DNA of 64,000 nt from an uncultured Candidatus Saccharibacteria bacterium (GCA_964517625.1 CAZFBW010000003.1:46107-110106), one strand, 5' to 3'. Counted from the first letter of the stretch, positions 8,980 through 17,444 are shown. Numbers and translations are program-made. Notes: generated from the letters alone by a model not told the origin.

Positions 8980-9516
8980 TTATTCGAGAACAAACCCTCG
9001 AGCAATACTTCCCTTAGGGATGTGGAATTCATATCTTTGGCTAACAGGGCTCTTACCAAAGAATTTGTACCACTCCTCGGCGTATTCCAGGCGAAAGATC
9101 CTAAGTTCGCCATCCTTACGAGCTTCTTCGAAGATGGTGATCTCGCTTTCGGACCCCGCGAGATTATTCGGGTTAAGTAGTTCTTTCTTGAAACCACCAC
9201 CTCGTTCCTCACGGTAGTAGGTGTAGTACGACGAACTCGAGAACCCACCACTTCCGAGGAAAAAACTACCACTGGTACCCGCTTGATCTCGCATGTTTAC
9301 GAGCTTGACCGAAGTGTACTCTTTTGACCACTTTTTCGGCAGGTTCTCGTTGCCAACGATGCCAAGCATTAAGGCAATCATTGCGCCGAAAAAAGCGCAG
9401 ACACCCACCACAAGAAAGCCTCCCCCTAAGCCCACGGTATTTTTTCTGACGAAGTAGAGTCCGACGAGAATTCCCACGAAGGCGAGGGTCAAGACGGTGT
9501 AAACGAACGGATACAT
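8980..9516 (-). CDS. Hypothetical membrane protein (2 TM + Gly/Ser/Tyr-rich segment + soluble domain)
   Basis: Long ORF, hydrophobic N-terminus; GC-richer. Confidence 0.5.
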   Translation of the reverse strand: MYPFVYTVLTLAFVGILVGLYFVRKNTVGLGGGFLVVGVCAFFGAMIALMLGIVGNENLPKKWSKEYTSVKLVNMRDQAGTSGSFFLGSGGFSSSSYYTYYREERGGGFKKELLNPNNLAGSESEITIFEEARKDGELRIFRLEYAEEWYKFFGKSPVSQRYEFHIPKGSIARGFVLE

Positions 9517-9673
9517 AGAACCTCCTAGTGAAGTTTGAGGGCTTTTACGAAGGACAGAATCAGTGTTCGTTATACGTTATTATTACATAAATGTCAAGAT
9601 TATTTTGATTAGCAGTGCTTTGTTATGATGTGTGCAAAAAGTGGTGTACTGTATACTTAGTCTTTAATTATAT

Positions 9674-10189
9674 ATGTCTGTAAAAACGAAAAAAGTAATA
9701 GTGAACGATAGAATGCAAAAAGGGTATTCGTATGTACTTACGCAACCTGTCGGGAAAAACTTTGACCCACTTTTTCGTCCGGACTTAACACCAAAAGAAA
9801 TGCTCGCGCTCGGTGTGTTTGGTGGAAAGTATATGACAGACTGCACAAAAGAATTTCCTGTCTCGTGGTTTACAAAAGCAAAATTTTCTCCGAATCAGAA
9901 AGACCCGAAATTAAATTTTTTCAAAGTAGATGCAAGCCAACCGTTGTCTGTTTGGAAAGAAAAAGGATGGATATATAAAGATGACCCACGAGGATGGTTT
10001 CAATGGTATTGTCGGTATTACATGGGAAGACGAATTCCAAAAGAAGATGAACGGCAGATAAAAAGGTGGCGTGCAATGGTGCGTCACGTGATACAGATAC
10101 GAAACAAGTGTCGTATGGGTGACGCGTCATGCAACACGCGCCAGCGTCAAGCGCTTCTCCATTGGGCGTACGATTCCAGGAGAATATAA
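9674..10189 (+). CDS. Conserved hypothetical protein (Trp/Arg-rich; GWFQWYCRYYMGRR...DERQIKRW)
   Basis: 171-aa ORF; motif not assignable to a family from memory. Confidence 0.5.
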   Translation: MSVKTKKVIVNDRMQKGYSYVLTQPVGKNFDPLFRPDLTPKEMLALGVFGGKYMTDCTKEFPVSWFTKAKFSPNQKDPKLNFFKVDASQPLSVWKEKGWIYKDDPRGWFQWYCRYYMGRRIPKEDERQIKRWRAMVRHVIQIRNKCRMGDASCNTRQRQALLHWAYDSRRI

Positions 10190-10220
10190 AAAGCGAACTC
10201 GAGGGTTCGCTTTTGACCAG

Positions 10221-10424
10221 TTAAGACTTTGGCCAGTTGTTTGTTTTCGGAATATCTCCGAAAAGTTGTGTGTAGGTATAGGTCGTCTTACCATCATCGG
10301 AACGGTAGACACCTTTGCCACGATTGTGAACTTGCACACCCTTAACGGTCACTGTGTCCGGGGGGCGTGTGTGATTCTTGTAGGGTTTTCCGATGAACCC
10401 ATAATCAGGTCCGAAGATTCCCAC
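10221..10424 (-). CDS. Small hypothetical protein (67 aa), GTG start
   Basis: AAGGAG 6 nt upstream of GTG; convergent with 9674 gene. Confidence 0.4.
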   Translation of the reverse strand: MGIFGPDYGFIGKPYKNHTRPPDTVTVKGVQVHNRGKGVYRSDDGKTTYTYTQLFGDIPKTNNWPKS

Positions 10425-10523
10425 GACACGCTCCTTGTGGTGTGTTTAGTTGCCCTTTCTTACTCTATAACGAACTTAGCTGTTGGTCAATAATAAAAAA
10501 CAACGCATGGTACACTTACTCCC

Positions 10524-11372
10524 ATGAAGAAATGGATTACCGTTTTTACCGTACTCGCTATTTTTGGGATAGGTGTTTATTTTGGTTTCTTTTTTGAAAA
10601 AGGTTTTTCCCCAAGTAATGTGTATGCAAACACGGAGGAGCTTGATCTTATTCATGTTGTGAGTCCAACACGGAACGCAACAATCACAAGTCCCTTTACA
10701 ATTAGTGGCGAAGCACGAGGAATGTGGTACTTCGAGGCGTCATTTCCAGTTCGTTTGTATGATGCGGAGGGGGAATTACTTGGCACCTCAGTTGCGCAAG
10801 CACAGGGTGAATGGATGACTGAAAATTTTGTTCCATTTACTTCTGTGCTTTCATTTACTCCACCGAGCACAGAAACGGGTACACTCGTGTTTCAAAAAGA
10901 CAATCCTTCTGGTCTTCCAGAACACGACAAAGAGGTGCGTGTTCCGGTTACGTTTGATATTTCAAATAACCCAAAACGAAAAGTCCTCCTGTATTATTAC
11001 AATGGAAACAAAGATGCTGATGAGCAAGGGAACATTGAATGTTCCGAGAAGGGGATGGTTGCTGTAGAACGTTCCATGTCAGTGACAATGTCACCGATTC
11101 AAAATACACTCAATCTTCTCATGCAAGGGGAAGTGACACCGGAAGAAAAAACAAAGGGTATCACAACGCAATTCCCACTGGAGGGTGTTTCAGTTAAAGA
11201 CATTTCCTTTGTTGGTGGAAAATTAGTGCTCACTTTTGATGATCCACAATTCAAAACAAGCGGAGGAGCGTGTCGTGTGAATATTTTGCGTATGCAAATA
11301 GAGAAGACAGTCAAACAGTTTGAAACAGTAAAAAGCGTTCAATTAAAACCAGACGAAGCATTTCAGCCGTAG
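10524..11372 (+). CDS. Membrane-anchored Gmad2 Ig-like + GerMN domain protein
   Basis: N-terminal TM; V.SP..N..I.SP..I.G.A....FEA.F...L.D..G.LL (Gmad2-like); C-terminal GerMN-like segment. Confidence 0.5.
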   Translation: MKKWITVFTVLAIFGIGVYFGFFFEKGFSPSNVYANTEELDLIHVVSPTRNATITSPFTISGEARGMWYFEASFPVRLYDAEGELLGTSVAQAQGEWMTENFVPFTSVLSFTPPSTETGTLVFQKDNPSGLPEHDKEVRVPVTFDISNNPKRKVLLYYYNGNKDADEQGNIECSEKGMVAVERSMSVTMSPIQNTLNLLMQGEVTPEEKTKGITTQFPLEGVSVKDISFVGGKLVLTFDDPQFKTSGGACRVNILRMQIEKTVKQFETVKSVQLKPDEAFQP

Positions 11373-11380
11373 TACTATAT

Positions 11381-12067
11381 ATGAATAAAATTATTCTTAT
11401 CGCCATCATTCTTATTATCGGACTTCTCGGCGGTGTTGTGTATGTAAAAACATCTCAACCGAAAGAGGAAAAGAAAAATATTGCTAGAACAATCAAGATT
11501 ATTGCGTTTGGTGACTCACTTACGGCGGGGTACGGCGTTGGAGAGGCAGATAATTATCCAAGCCAACTACAGGCGCTTCTTATGGGTGATGGGTATGATG
11601 TGGAGATTCTAAATCGTGGCATAAGCGGAGAAACAACGGCACAGGGGAAAGAGCGAGCACAAAGAATTCGTGATGAAGGAGCAGATATTATTTTGCTTGG
11701 CCTTGGTGGAAATGATGCACTACAGAGACGCTCACTTGATGAAACAAGAACCAACCTTTCAACAATTATTGAAACATTGCAAAGCGGGGATACTCCGCCA
11801 CAAGTGCTTCTTCTTACAATGAAAGTACCTCTTGTGGCCGGGCTGACATTTGGTTTTTCGTATAAAGATGATTTTGAAAATTTGTATGGTGAACTTGCGG
11901 AGAAGTATCAGATTATAGCCGTCCCGTTTCTTGTTTCTGAAGTGTTACTTTCTGAAAAGTATGGATTGCCTGATAAAATTCATTTAAATAAAGAGGGGTA
12001 TGCGTTTCTTGTTTCGAAATATGTTGCTCCTGCAGTAAAAAAGGCAATTGGAAACATTGCAGAGTAG
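11381..12067 (+). CDS. SGNH/GDSL family hydrolase (TesA-like lipase/acylesterase)
   Basis: GDSLTAGYG block I, GGND block III, D..HLN block V; N-terminal TM/signal. Confidence 0.7.
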   Translation: MNKIILIAIILIIGLLGGVVYVKTSQPKEEKKNIARTIKIIAFGDSLTAGYGVGEADNYPSQLQALLMGDGYDVEILNRGISGETTAQGKERAQRIRDEGADIILLGLGGNDALQRRSLDETRTNLSTIIETLQSGDTPPQVLLLTMKVPLVAGLTFGFSYKDDFENLYGELAEKYQIIAVPFLVSEVLLSEKYGLPDKIHLNKEGYAFLVSKYVAPAVKKAIGNIAE

Positions 12068-12144
12068 TATTGCAAAAGTGCTCATTTTTCGGTATGATAT
12101 TTCAGTACATTCCACATTGTGAAATGGACCGTTTTTGAGAATAT

Positions 12145-12216
12145 TCCGCGATAGCTCAGCGGTAGAGCAGTTCCCTGTTAAGGAATTGGTCGTAGGTTCG
12201 ATCCCTACTCGCGGAG
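12145..12216 (+). tRNA. tRNA-Asn (anticodon GTT)
   Basis: Hand-folded cloverleaf: acceptor TCCGCGA/TCGCGGA, D-arm GCTC-AGCGGTA-GAGC, anticodon stem GTTCC/GGAAT with loop CTGTTAA, T-arm GTAGG-TTCGATC-CCTAC; CCA not encoded. Confidence 0.85.
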
Positions 12217-12222
12217 CATTAA

Positions 12223-12262
12223 ATATAAAACACCTCTTATATAAAAGGGGTGTTTTATATTT
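12223..12262 (+). terminator. AT-rich hairpin after tRNA (ATATAAAACACC...GGTGTTTTATAT)
   Basis: 12-bp stem directly downstream of tRNA-Asn. Confidence 0.55.
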
Positions 12263-12274
12263 AATATGTTTTGT

Positions 12275-12292
12275 GCGAGTAGGGATCGAACC
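12275..12292 (-). repeat. Inverted 18-nt copy of tRNA-Asn 3' end (T-loop/T-stem/acceptor)
   Basis: gcgagtagggatcgaacc is the reverse complement of 12197-12214 ggttcgatccctactcgc. Confidence 0.65.
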
Positions 12293-12484
12293 GAAGGCTA
12301 CCAAATTTCTTAGGCCGTACTCGGCCTGTTGAAATTGGCAGTGCCGAGTAATCTCGGGAGAGAATCCCTACTCGAATTACGATAAGCGATCCCATACTCA
12401 AACAGGGTGGCTATGAAAATGTAGGATCTCGACCGAACGAAGTGAGGGAGAGGCGATCCTGAACTAGCAAGTTCATGCCTTGGA

Positions 12485-12499
12485 CCTACTCGCGGAGCA
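12485..12499 (+). repeat. Direct 15-nt copy of tRNA-Asn 3' end (cctactcgcggagca)
   Basis: Identical to 12204-12218; pairs with the inverted copy as a 9-bp long-range stem. Confidence 0.6.
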
Positions 12500-12568
12500 A
12501 AAACCAACTAGACAAAAACATGAAAATATTGTAGTGTGACCGCAGGTGGTCTTTTCATAGGAGGGTTC

Positions 12569-12940
12569 ATGGCAATCCCTGCAAATCATTCTTCAATTGA
12601 AACAAACTTGCCCGCATTTCAGCTCGAGAAGGTTCTTTCCGCGCTCGAAAACGGAAAGACAAAAGAGATTGATGGAACTCACAGTCTTTTTGCAGAAGCT
12701 AGATCGTGGCAGGTGACATTCGAAGGTGCGATATATGTCATTGACGAATTTGTCGAAAGGGTTGTATCGGTACACCTCGTTTCTGGTGACCAAAAATTCT
12801 TCAGGTCTCTTTTGCGATCTTTTGAAAGATCTTTGCAGAAAGCTGTCAAAGAAAGAAGTTTTGCCGAAGCGCAAACGATTGATAAAAAAATCAAACAACT
12901 GGAAGCACTCAGAAGTAAGGAGGAGGTAAGCCATGTCTGA
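12569..12940 (+). CDS. Hypothetical protein (123 aa)
   Basis: AGGAGG RBS 5 nt upstream of ATG 12569; track ORF 12536 trimmed. Confidence 0.5.
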   Translation: MAIPANHSSIETNLPAFQLEKVLSALENGKTKEIDGTHSLFAEARSWQVTFEGAIYVIDEFVERVVSVHLVSGDQKFFRSLLRSFERSLQKAVKERSFAEAQTIDKKIKQLEALRSKEEVSHV

Positions 12941-13118
12941 GACCAAAACGAACGAGGAATATCCGGATCAACTGCATCCGTCCCACGATACGCAGATTTC
13001 GTTTGATGCTTCAAGCTATGACGAAATTTGCACGAAGTGCAGAGCAACCGATATCCTAAACGGTGGATGGGGGAACCTTCGTTTCCCTTGCCCCGCCGTT
13101 TCGAAAAAGGAAGAGTAA
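12933..13118 (+). CDS. Small Cys-containing hypothetical protein (61 aa), translationally coupled
   Basis: ATGTCTGA overlap with upstream stop; AAGGAGGAGG RBS; C..C...FPCP. Confidence 0.4.
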   Translation: MSETKTNEEYPDQLHPSHDTQISFDASSYDEICTKCRATDILNGGWGNLRFPCPAVSKKEE

Positions 13119-13144
13119 CTCAAGTATTTCTTTTCCATCCCGAT

Positions 13145-13186
13145 TCCCACCGAAAGCCACCGCGCTTGTCGGTGGTTTTCTTTTTG
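13145..13186 (+). terminator. Terminator hairpin, divergent member of the CCCACCGAAAGC repeat family
   Basis: cccaccgaaagccaccgcgcttgtcggtgg + TTTTCTTTTT. Confidence 0.55.
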
Positions 13187-13259
13187 ACTTTCACGCCGAA
13201 AAGTGGTTGTATATACCTGGGTAAATTGTACCGTGCTTAATTATAGAAAGGGCATTTTC

Positions 13260-13550
13260 ATGAAAGAATTAGCGCAGAAGTTGATTGGTCTAGGCGTCTT
13301 TGTTCTTTTCTGTTACGTTAGCTATCTTTTTGGCGCTTTCTTGACCCTTCACACACTTGTAGCAATCACAGTTATCTGTATTGTGATTACTGTGTGGATG
13401 GCAGCAACACTAGAGGAGCTGGCGAGCTTGCTTACTTTAGGTTTTGGATTCTGCGCTTTAGTTATTAATCTGGTAATGTGGGCAACATATTACTTTACCA
13501 CTAATCAGTCATGGGTAGGCGAATTCTTTTTGAGAAATGTGTTGCGCTAA
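13260..13550 (+). CDS. Small hypothetical membrane protein (96 aa, ~3 TM)
   Basis: ATG 13260 in frame with track ORF 13203; hydrophobic. Confidence 0.45.
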   Translation: MKELAQKLIGLGVFVLFCYVSYLFGAFLTLHTLVAITVICIVITVWMAATLEELASLLTLGFGFCALVINLVMWATYYFTTNQSWVGEFFLRNVLR

Positions 13551-13581
13551 TATGGCGTTGGTATAGTTTAAGGAGATGCTA

Positions 13582-14082
13582 ATGCGTGAAGTTTTGATGG
13601 CAACACCATATCAGTGGGGAGAATTAGGTTCATTTGGCAAAGCGAAATATATGCTCATTCGTCAGCATGAGTTTCCTCATGTGTATAATGATGATGAAAT
13701 CATGTTGTCTGCTGACCATGACAGGTGTTTCGATTGGGACTATGAACACACCAGGAAATGTTTTGATAGGCATACAGGCACCGGCGAAAGGGGTTTTGCT
13801 GAGTGGGTTCAGAGATCTGCATCCGTTAATCAAGTCATGTCTTTCTTAAAAGATGTTTTGAAAGCTGAAGAAAACCACCCGAATGTTGTGTGGACCGGAT
13901 TTCGCATTATGGGAACAGTCAACCGTTCAAATGGGTACACGGTCTGGACACTGCAACTTTTTTCGAAGAATCAAAAAAGTAAAACAAAGGTCTATTCTAG
14001 TCCATTTTCTCCAAATGTTTTTGGTGGGGGTAGGGAATTAGGGTATAGACTACCCTCGAATTCTCTGAAGAGAGTGAAATAA
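13582..14082 (+). CDS. Hypothetical protein (166 aa; DHDRCFDWDYEHTRKCFDRHTG motif)
   Basis: AAGGAG 6 nt upstream of ATG 13582. Confidence 0.5.
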   Translation: MREVLMATPYQWGELGSFGKAKYMLIRQHEFPHVYNDDEIMLSADHDRCFDWDYEHTRKCFDRHTGTGERGFAEWVQRSASVNQVMSFLKDVLKAEENHPNVVWTGFRIMGTVNRSNGYTVWTLQLFSKNQKSKTKVYSSPFSPNVFGGGRELGYRLPSNSLKRVK

Positions 14083-14085
14083 ATA

Positions 14086-14280
14086 ATGGGCCAGGTTATT
14101 ATTTCCGCTGTTGGCTTACCCATCGCTTACGGGTTAATTGTTGTCATTTTGTTTGTTGCGTTCGTCGCTCTCCCCATTTCAACATTTGTTTGGTGGAGAG
14201 ACCAACGCAAGGGGACTTATGAAAAAAAGGTAAACAAGATACGTAGGAACGATCCATGGAAGAAATCTGCAAACCTATGA
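14086..14280 (+). CDS. Small hypothetical membrane protein (64 aa)
   Basis: Single TM, basic C-terminus; weak RBS. Confidence 0.3.
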   Translation: MGQVIISAVGLPIAYGLIVVILFVAFVALPISTFVWWRDQRKGTYEKKVNKIRRNDPWKKSANL

Positions 14281-14369
14281 ATACAAACACCAAGCAAAAT
14301 TTGCTTGGTGTTTTTCTTTTAAATATAAAAACCATTTCAGTATACTTATACTTGCTATACTTAGATTAT

Positions 14370-14579
14370 ATGAAAAAAGCATTACTTTTTTTAATTGCAG
14401 GTATTATAGTTGTTATATTTTTTTATCCCAAACATTATACGGTAGGCACCACCTCTCCGGACCAGTCGCCACCTAATTGTTTTGGTTATCAATCACGTTT
14501 AACACCGATTGGAATTGACGGGGGAACAGATTTTCTTTGTTATGGTATTGTTTTTGGTACCAAAAATACTTTACCTTAA
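14370..14579 (+). CDS. Small hypothetical membrane protein (69 aa)
   Basis: MKKALLFLIAGIIVVIFF TM start; internal ATG of track ORF 14256. Confidence 0.35.
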   Translation: MKKALLFLIAGIIVVIFFYPKHYTVGTTSPDQSPPNCFGYQSRLTPIGIDGGTDFLCYGIVFGTKNTLP

Positions 14580-14580
14580 T

Positions 14581-14615
14581 AAAAAAACAGCGATTCGCAA
14601 GAATCGCTGTTTTAT
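14581..14615. terminator. Bidirectional terminator (AAACAGCGATTC-gcaa-GAATCGCTGTTT)
   Basis: Perfect 12-bp stem, A-run/T-run flanks. Confidence 0.75.
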
Positions 14616-15373
14616 GTTGAAGAATCAACAACAACCACTAGACTTCCGGCAAAAGGCGTCGGTTCTCGTTGTTTCAGGAGGACCCACTTGGCTTTTTCAT
14701 TCTTTTCGTATTCGGCATCAAGGATGCCGTAGTAGTCCAAGAAGTGATTGAATTTCGCCGAGATACGAATGCATCCTTGTGAGTCTTGCTTGCCGAGGCG
14801 TTTCTCTCCATGTTCTGGATCAGTAGCGTGGACGAGGAGCCGGATATTGAAATCTTCACCCTTGCGGGTTTTTGTTTTTTGCCAACCCAAGTCCCAGACA
14901 CGACTTCCTTTAGCGCCTAATCCCCGCCAACCTTTGTCATTTTTCGTACCAAGCGCGCGATAACTCGGATTGTTCACTGTGTTTTTAAATGCGCCGACGG
15001 GGGTTTCAAATGAACCGAGTCGTGAGGCTTTTCCTGTTGATGTTTTGCCTGTGCCAAGGATGAGCACATTGCGCAGTGTTGCATCAAAAAATGCGAGCGA
15101 AACTGTCTGTGAGTTCGGGTTCTTGTCGACGAGCAGAAACAGTTGCGATGAAGCCGGCATGGTTTCCAGTGAGCGAGTCATAACGAGAAGTGAAGAGCTG
15201 GCAAGTGTGCGCTCATATTCCTCGCGAATCTGTATTCCGTCAACGGTTTGCGAGAACACCTGCTTCAAACGAAGCACTTCTTCTTTTACATTTGTTGCCG
15301 ATGCGCTTGTTGCTGCAAGTAGGCACAAACAAAGAAGAATAATAATCAACCATATTTTCTTAGCGTTATTCAA
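14612..15373 (-). CDS. L,D-transpeptidase (YkuD domain) with signal peptide
   Basis: LLVHATDPEHGEKRLGKQDSQGCIRIS (HxxxxxxxSxGCIR catalytic motif); TTG start with AAGGAGG RBS. Confidence 0.7.
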   Translation of the reverse strand: MNNAKKIWLIIILLCLCLLAATSASATNVKEEVLRLKQVFSQTVDGIQIREEYERTLASSSLLVMTRSLETMPASSQLFLLVDKNPNSQTVSLAFFDATLRNVLILGTGKTSTGKASRLGSFETPVGAFKNTVNNPSYRALGTKNDKGWRGLGAKGSRVWDLGWQKTKTRKGEDFNIRLLVHATDPEHGEKRLGKQDSQGCIRISAKFNHFLDYYGILDAEYEKNEKAKWVLLKQREPTPFAGSLVVVVDSST

Positions 15374-15493
15374 GCATCCTCCTTATTTAATGTACGCGCT
15401 ATTAGAAAGGGTATCATATTTGGAAAAACAGCGATACGTGGAGTAGACTACAAAAAGCCAATTTTCTAGAAACCAAAACCCATAGGTGAGGAC

Positions 15494-16129
15494 ATGAAAA
15501 GACGTTCTTTCATTCTACTTTTGCCAATCTTATATTCCAGTTCAGTGTTTGCATCTAGGCTAAGTCTCTTAGGATCAAAAGCTTCGCAAAGGAGGCAGAA
15601 TGAAATTGCGGATGCCGAGGATCTTTCGCGTATTGAGAATGATGAGCAACTCGAGCGCTTCAAGCGCGCAAAGCTTCTTGTTCCAATTCCAAAGGAAATT
15701 TTAGTTGACGAAAGGTTGGAGACCGAACCACGCTTGAAGCAGAAGTTCCGCTTTGATCCTAAATTTCGATTCGTCCGTCCGTGGACAGCGAATTTCCTCG
15801 AGGAGATGAACAAGGCGTTTATGGAAGAGTTCAAGCATCCGCTTCAAGTGAATTCTGCGGTGCGTACTAGGGTGTATCAGGAATTGCTTCGCACAGTAAA
15901 CGGCAACGCCGCTACAACTGAAGGCGATGAAGCATCTTCGCATTTGACGGGGGCAACCATCGATATCGCCAAGTTGAAGATGCGCGAAGTTGAAATGTGG
16001 TGGATGCGCAGACAACTTCTTCACCTTGAAGGTCGCGGTTTCATTGAGGCGACGGAAGAAAATCACCAAGCCGTCTTCCACATCATGGTCTTTAAAAAGT
16101 GGGCGTATCCAAAGTCCAAAGAAGAATGA
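15494..16129 (+). CDS. Secreted LAS-type metallopeptidase, peptidase M15 (D-Ala-D-Ala carboxypeptidase-like)
   Basis: SSHLTGATIDIA (SxHxxGxAxD) and EENH motifs; signal peptide. Confidence 0.5.
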   Translation: MKRRSFILLLPILYSSSVFASRLSLLGSKASQRRQNEIADAEDLSRIENDEQLERFKRAKLLVPIPKEILVDERLETEPRLKQKFRFDPKFRFVRPWTANFLEEMNKAFMEEFKHPLQVNSAVRTRVYQELLRTVNGNAATTEGDEASSHLTGATIDIAKLKMREVEMWWMRRQLLHLEGRGFIEATEENHQAVFHIMVFKKWAYPKSKEE

Positions 16130-16169
16130 TTCCCACCGAAAGCAGAGCTTTCGGTGGGTTTTGTTTTTT
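16124..16169 (+). terminator. Repeat-family terminator: GAATGATTCCCACCGAAAGC-aga-GCTTTCGGTGGG + T-run
   Basis: Perfect 12-bp stem; 21-nt 5' part identical to the copy at 17051; embeds the M15 gene's TGA stop. Confidence 0.75.
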
Positions 16170-16235
16170 GACAGAGACAAACATTTACTGTAGTTTTAAT
16201 TCGGATAAGCACTTTTATTACTGGAGGCACAGACA

Positions 16236-17045
16236 ATGAAACCATTTTTTCTTTTAGGCGCCGATGATCCAGAAATGAAGAAAATTCAATCGCTTCTTGA
16301 GCAACACTGCTTTCCGTTCGTGCACGCAACGCACAAAGGAAAACGCTGTCATCCTGGTAATGCCTATCAAGCGGATCCGATATCGGTTGCCGAAGAAGTC
16401 TTCCACCTTGTTATTATCGAATGTGAGCCCGTGAATCTCTTGCACTATTCGAAATTCACGAGGATTGATCATCACCGTCCTTTTGATCCAGGTTTTCATA
16501 TGGGTTCCGACCAGTACTGGGAAGCATCAAGTATCGGACAGCTTCACAAGTTTTTTGGTTGGGATGACTCCCACGAAGCAAGAGTGATGGCGGCATTTGA
16601 TCACTGCTTTCCTGCAGCAGTTCAAGGAAGGTGCCTTGGCGTATCGGGGGAGGAGGTTCTGGCGATGAAGATTAAAAGCATTGTCGAAAATACCGGGCGC
16701 TCGGAAAAAGAAGTGTACGAAAAAATTTCTTTTTTTAGAAGAGCGATACTCGATGCAACAGAAGAAAAAATAGGAAGCTCGCATGTCAGGGATCTGCGCA
16801 CCCACTACCTTGGCGAAGGATATTCCGCTGATCTTCTGTCTGCACAGGTTGCTGCAACGATTGAAAATCGTCCAGTGTTGCTCCGTCACCGAGACTCTCT
16901 CAGCGAACCGGAAAAGATTTCCATCTCCGGTCCTGTTGACGAAACAACGGCTCACGCCTTCAAGGAAGTCTGGGGCCCCGCACAGGGACTTGTCCGTCTG
17001 TATGGAGTTCCCGCTCGCGGTTATGCGGGAGGGTACGTGAAATAG
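16236..17045 (+). CDS. Hypothetical protein (269 aa), GC-richer; contains DHH-like tripeptide (IDHHRP)
   Basis: Long ORF, no confident family assignment. Confidence 0.45.
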   Translation: MKPFFLLGADDPEMKKIQSLLEQHCFPFVHATHKGKRCHPGNAYQADPISVAEEVFHLVIIECEPVNLLHYSKFTRIDHHRPFDPGFHMGSDQYWEASSIGQLHKFFGWDDSHEARVMAAFDHCFPAAVQGRCLGVSGEEVLAMKIKSIVENTGRSEKEVYEKISFFRRAILDATEEKIGSSHVRDLRTHYLGEGYSADLLSAQVAATIENRPVLLRHRDSLSEPEKISISGPVDETTAHAFKEVWGPAQGLVRLYGVPARGYAGGYVK

Positions 17046-17050
17046 TTCAA

Positions 17051-17095
17051 GAATGATTCCCACCGAAAGCAATGCGTTTCGGTGGGTTTTTGTTT
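17051..17095 (+). terminator. Repeat-family terminator: GAATGATTCCCACCGAAA-gcaatgcg-TTTCGGTGGG + T-run
   Basis: Same 21-nt leader as the 16124 copy. Confidence 0.75.
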
Positions 17096-17106
17096 ATAGA
17101 AAATAA

Positions 17107-17147
17107 AAACTGTGTGATGATATATTTTATATGTCATCACACAGTTT
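17107..17147 (-). terminator. Perfect 14-bp inverted repeat AAACTGTGTGATGA...TCATCACACAGTTT (terminator for the 17146-17349 gene)
   Basis: Directly downstream of the minus-strand gene; back-to-back with the 17051 terminator. Confidence 0.6.
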
Positions 17148-17349
17148 ATCGGGGGAGAACCGCAGTATTAACCATGCCTCTGTCGAAGTCTTTTTTGGGA
17201 ATCCAGATGGTTACGTGGTATCCATCTTTCTTGCGACGAATGTCCGCCATCAAACGAGTTGGGGAATACCAGTACACGTACTGCGCAATTTCACGCTCAG
17301 CTTGTTTTAAGCTCATTTTTCCAGCGCAAACATCAATCATGCCTTTCAT
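17146..17349 (-). CDS. Small hypothetical protein (67 aa)
   Basis: AGGAGG 5 nt upstream of internal ATG; track start 17394 rejected. Confidence 0.45.
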   Translation of the reverse strand: MKGMIDVCAGKMSLKQAEREIAQYVYWYSPTRLMADIRRKKDGYHVTIWIPKKDFDRGMVNTAVLPR

Positions 17350-17444
17350 TTTTCCTCCTAAAAACAAGAACAATATTACTTCTAATAATACCATGTTTCC
17401 TCGTAACCCACAGCCTCAACTTTTCTTACTGATATACTACCTGC

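Noticed and set aside
8436-9272. 278-aa minus-strand ORF
   Set aside because: Antisense to DoxX and crossing a terminator; S/P/T/R-rich low-complexity product
12310-12507. 65-aa minus ORF inside the tRNA-fragment/hairpin segment; also considered tmRNA or permuted tRNA
   Set aside because: No RBS; no tmRNA tag-like reading frame (would end ...NFNRPSTA), no proper T-arm for a second tRNA; the 18-nt identity to tRNA-Asn fits a recent copy better than an independent RNA gene
14970-17072. Track ORFs 14970-15446(+), 15701-16180(-), 16527-17072(-)
   Set aside because: Antisense to the L,D-transpeptidase, M15 peptidase and 16236-17045 genes, which have the motifs or RBSs
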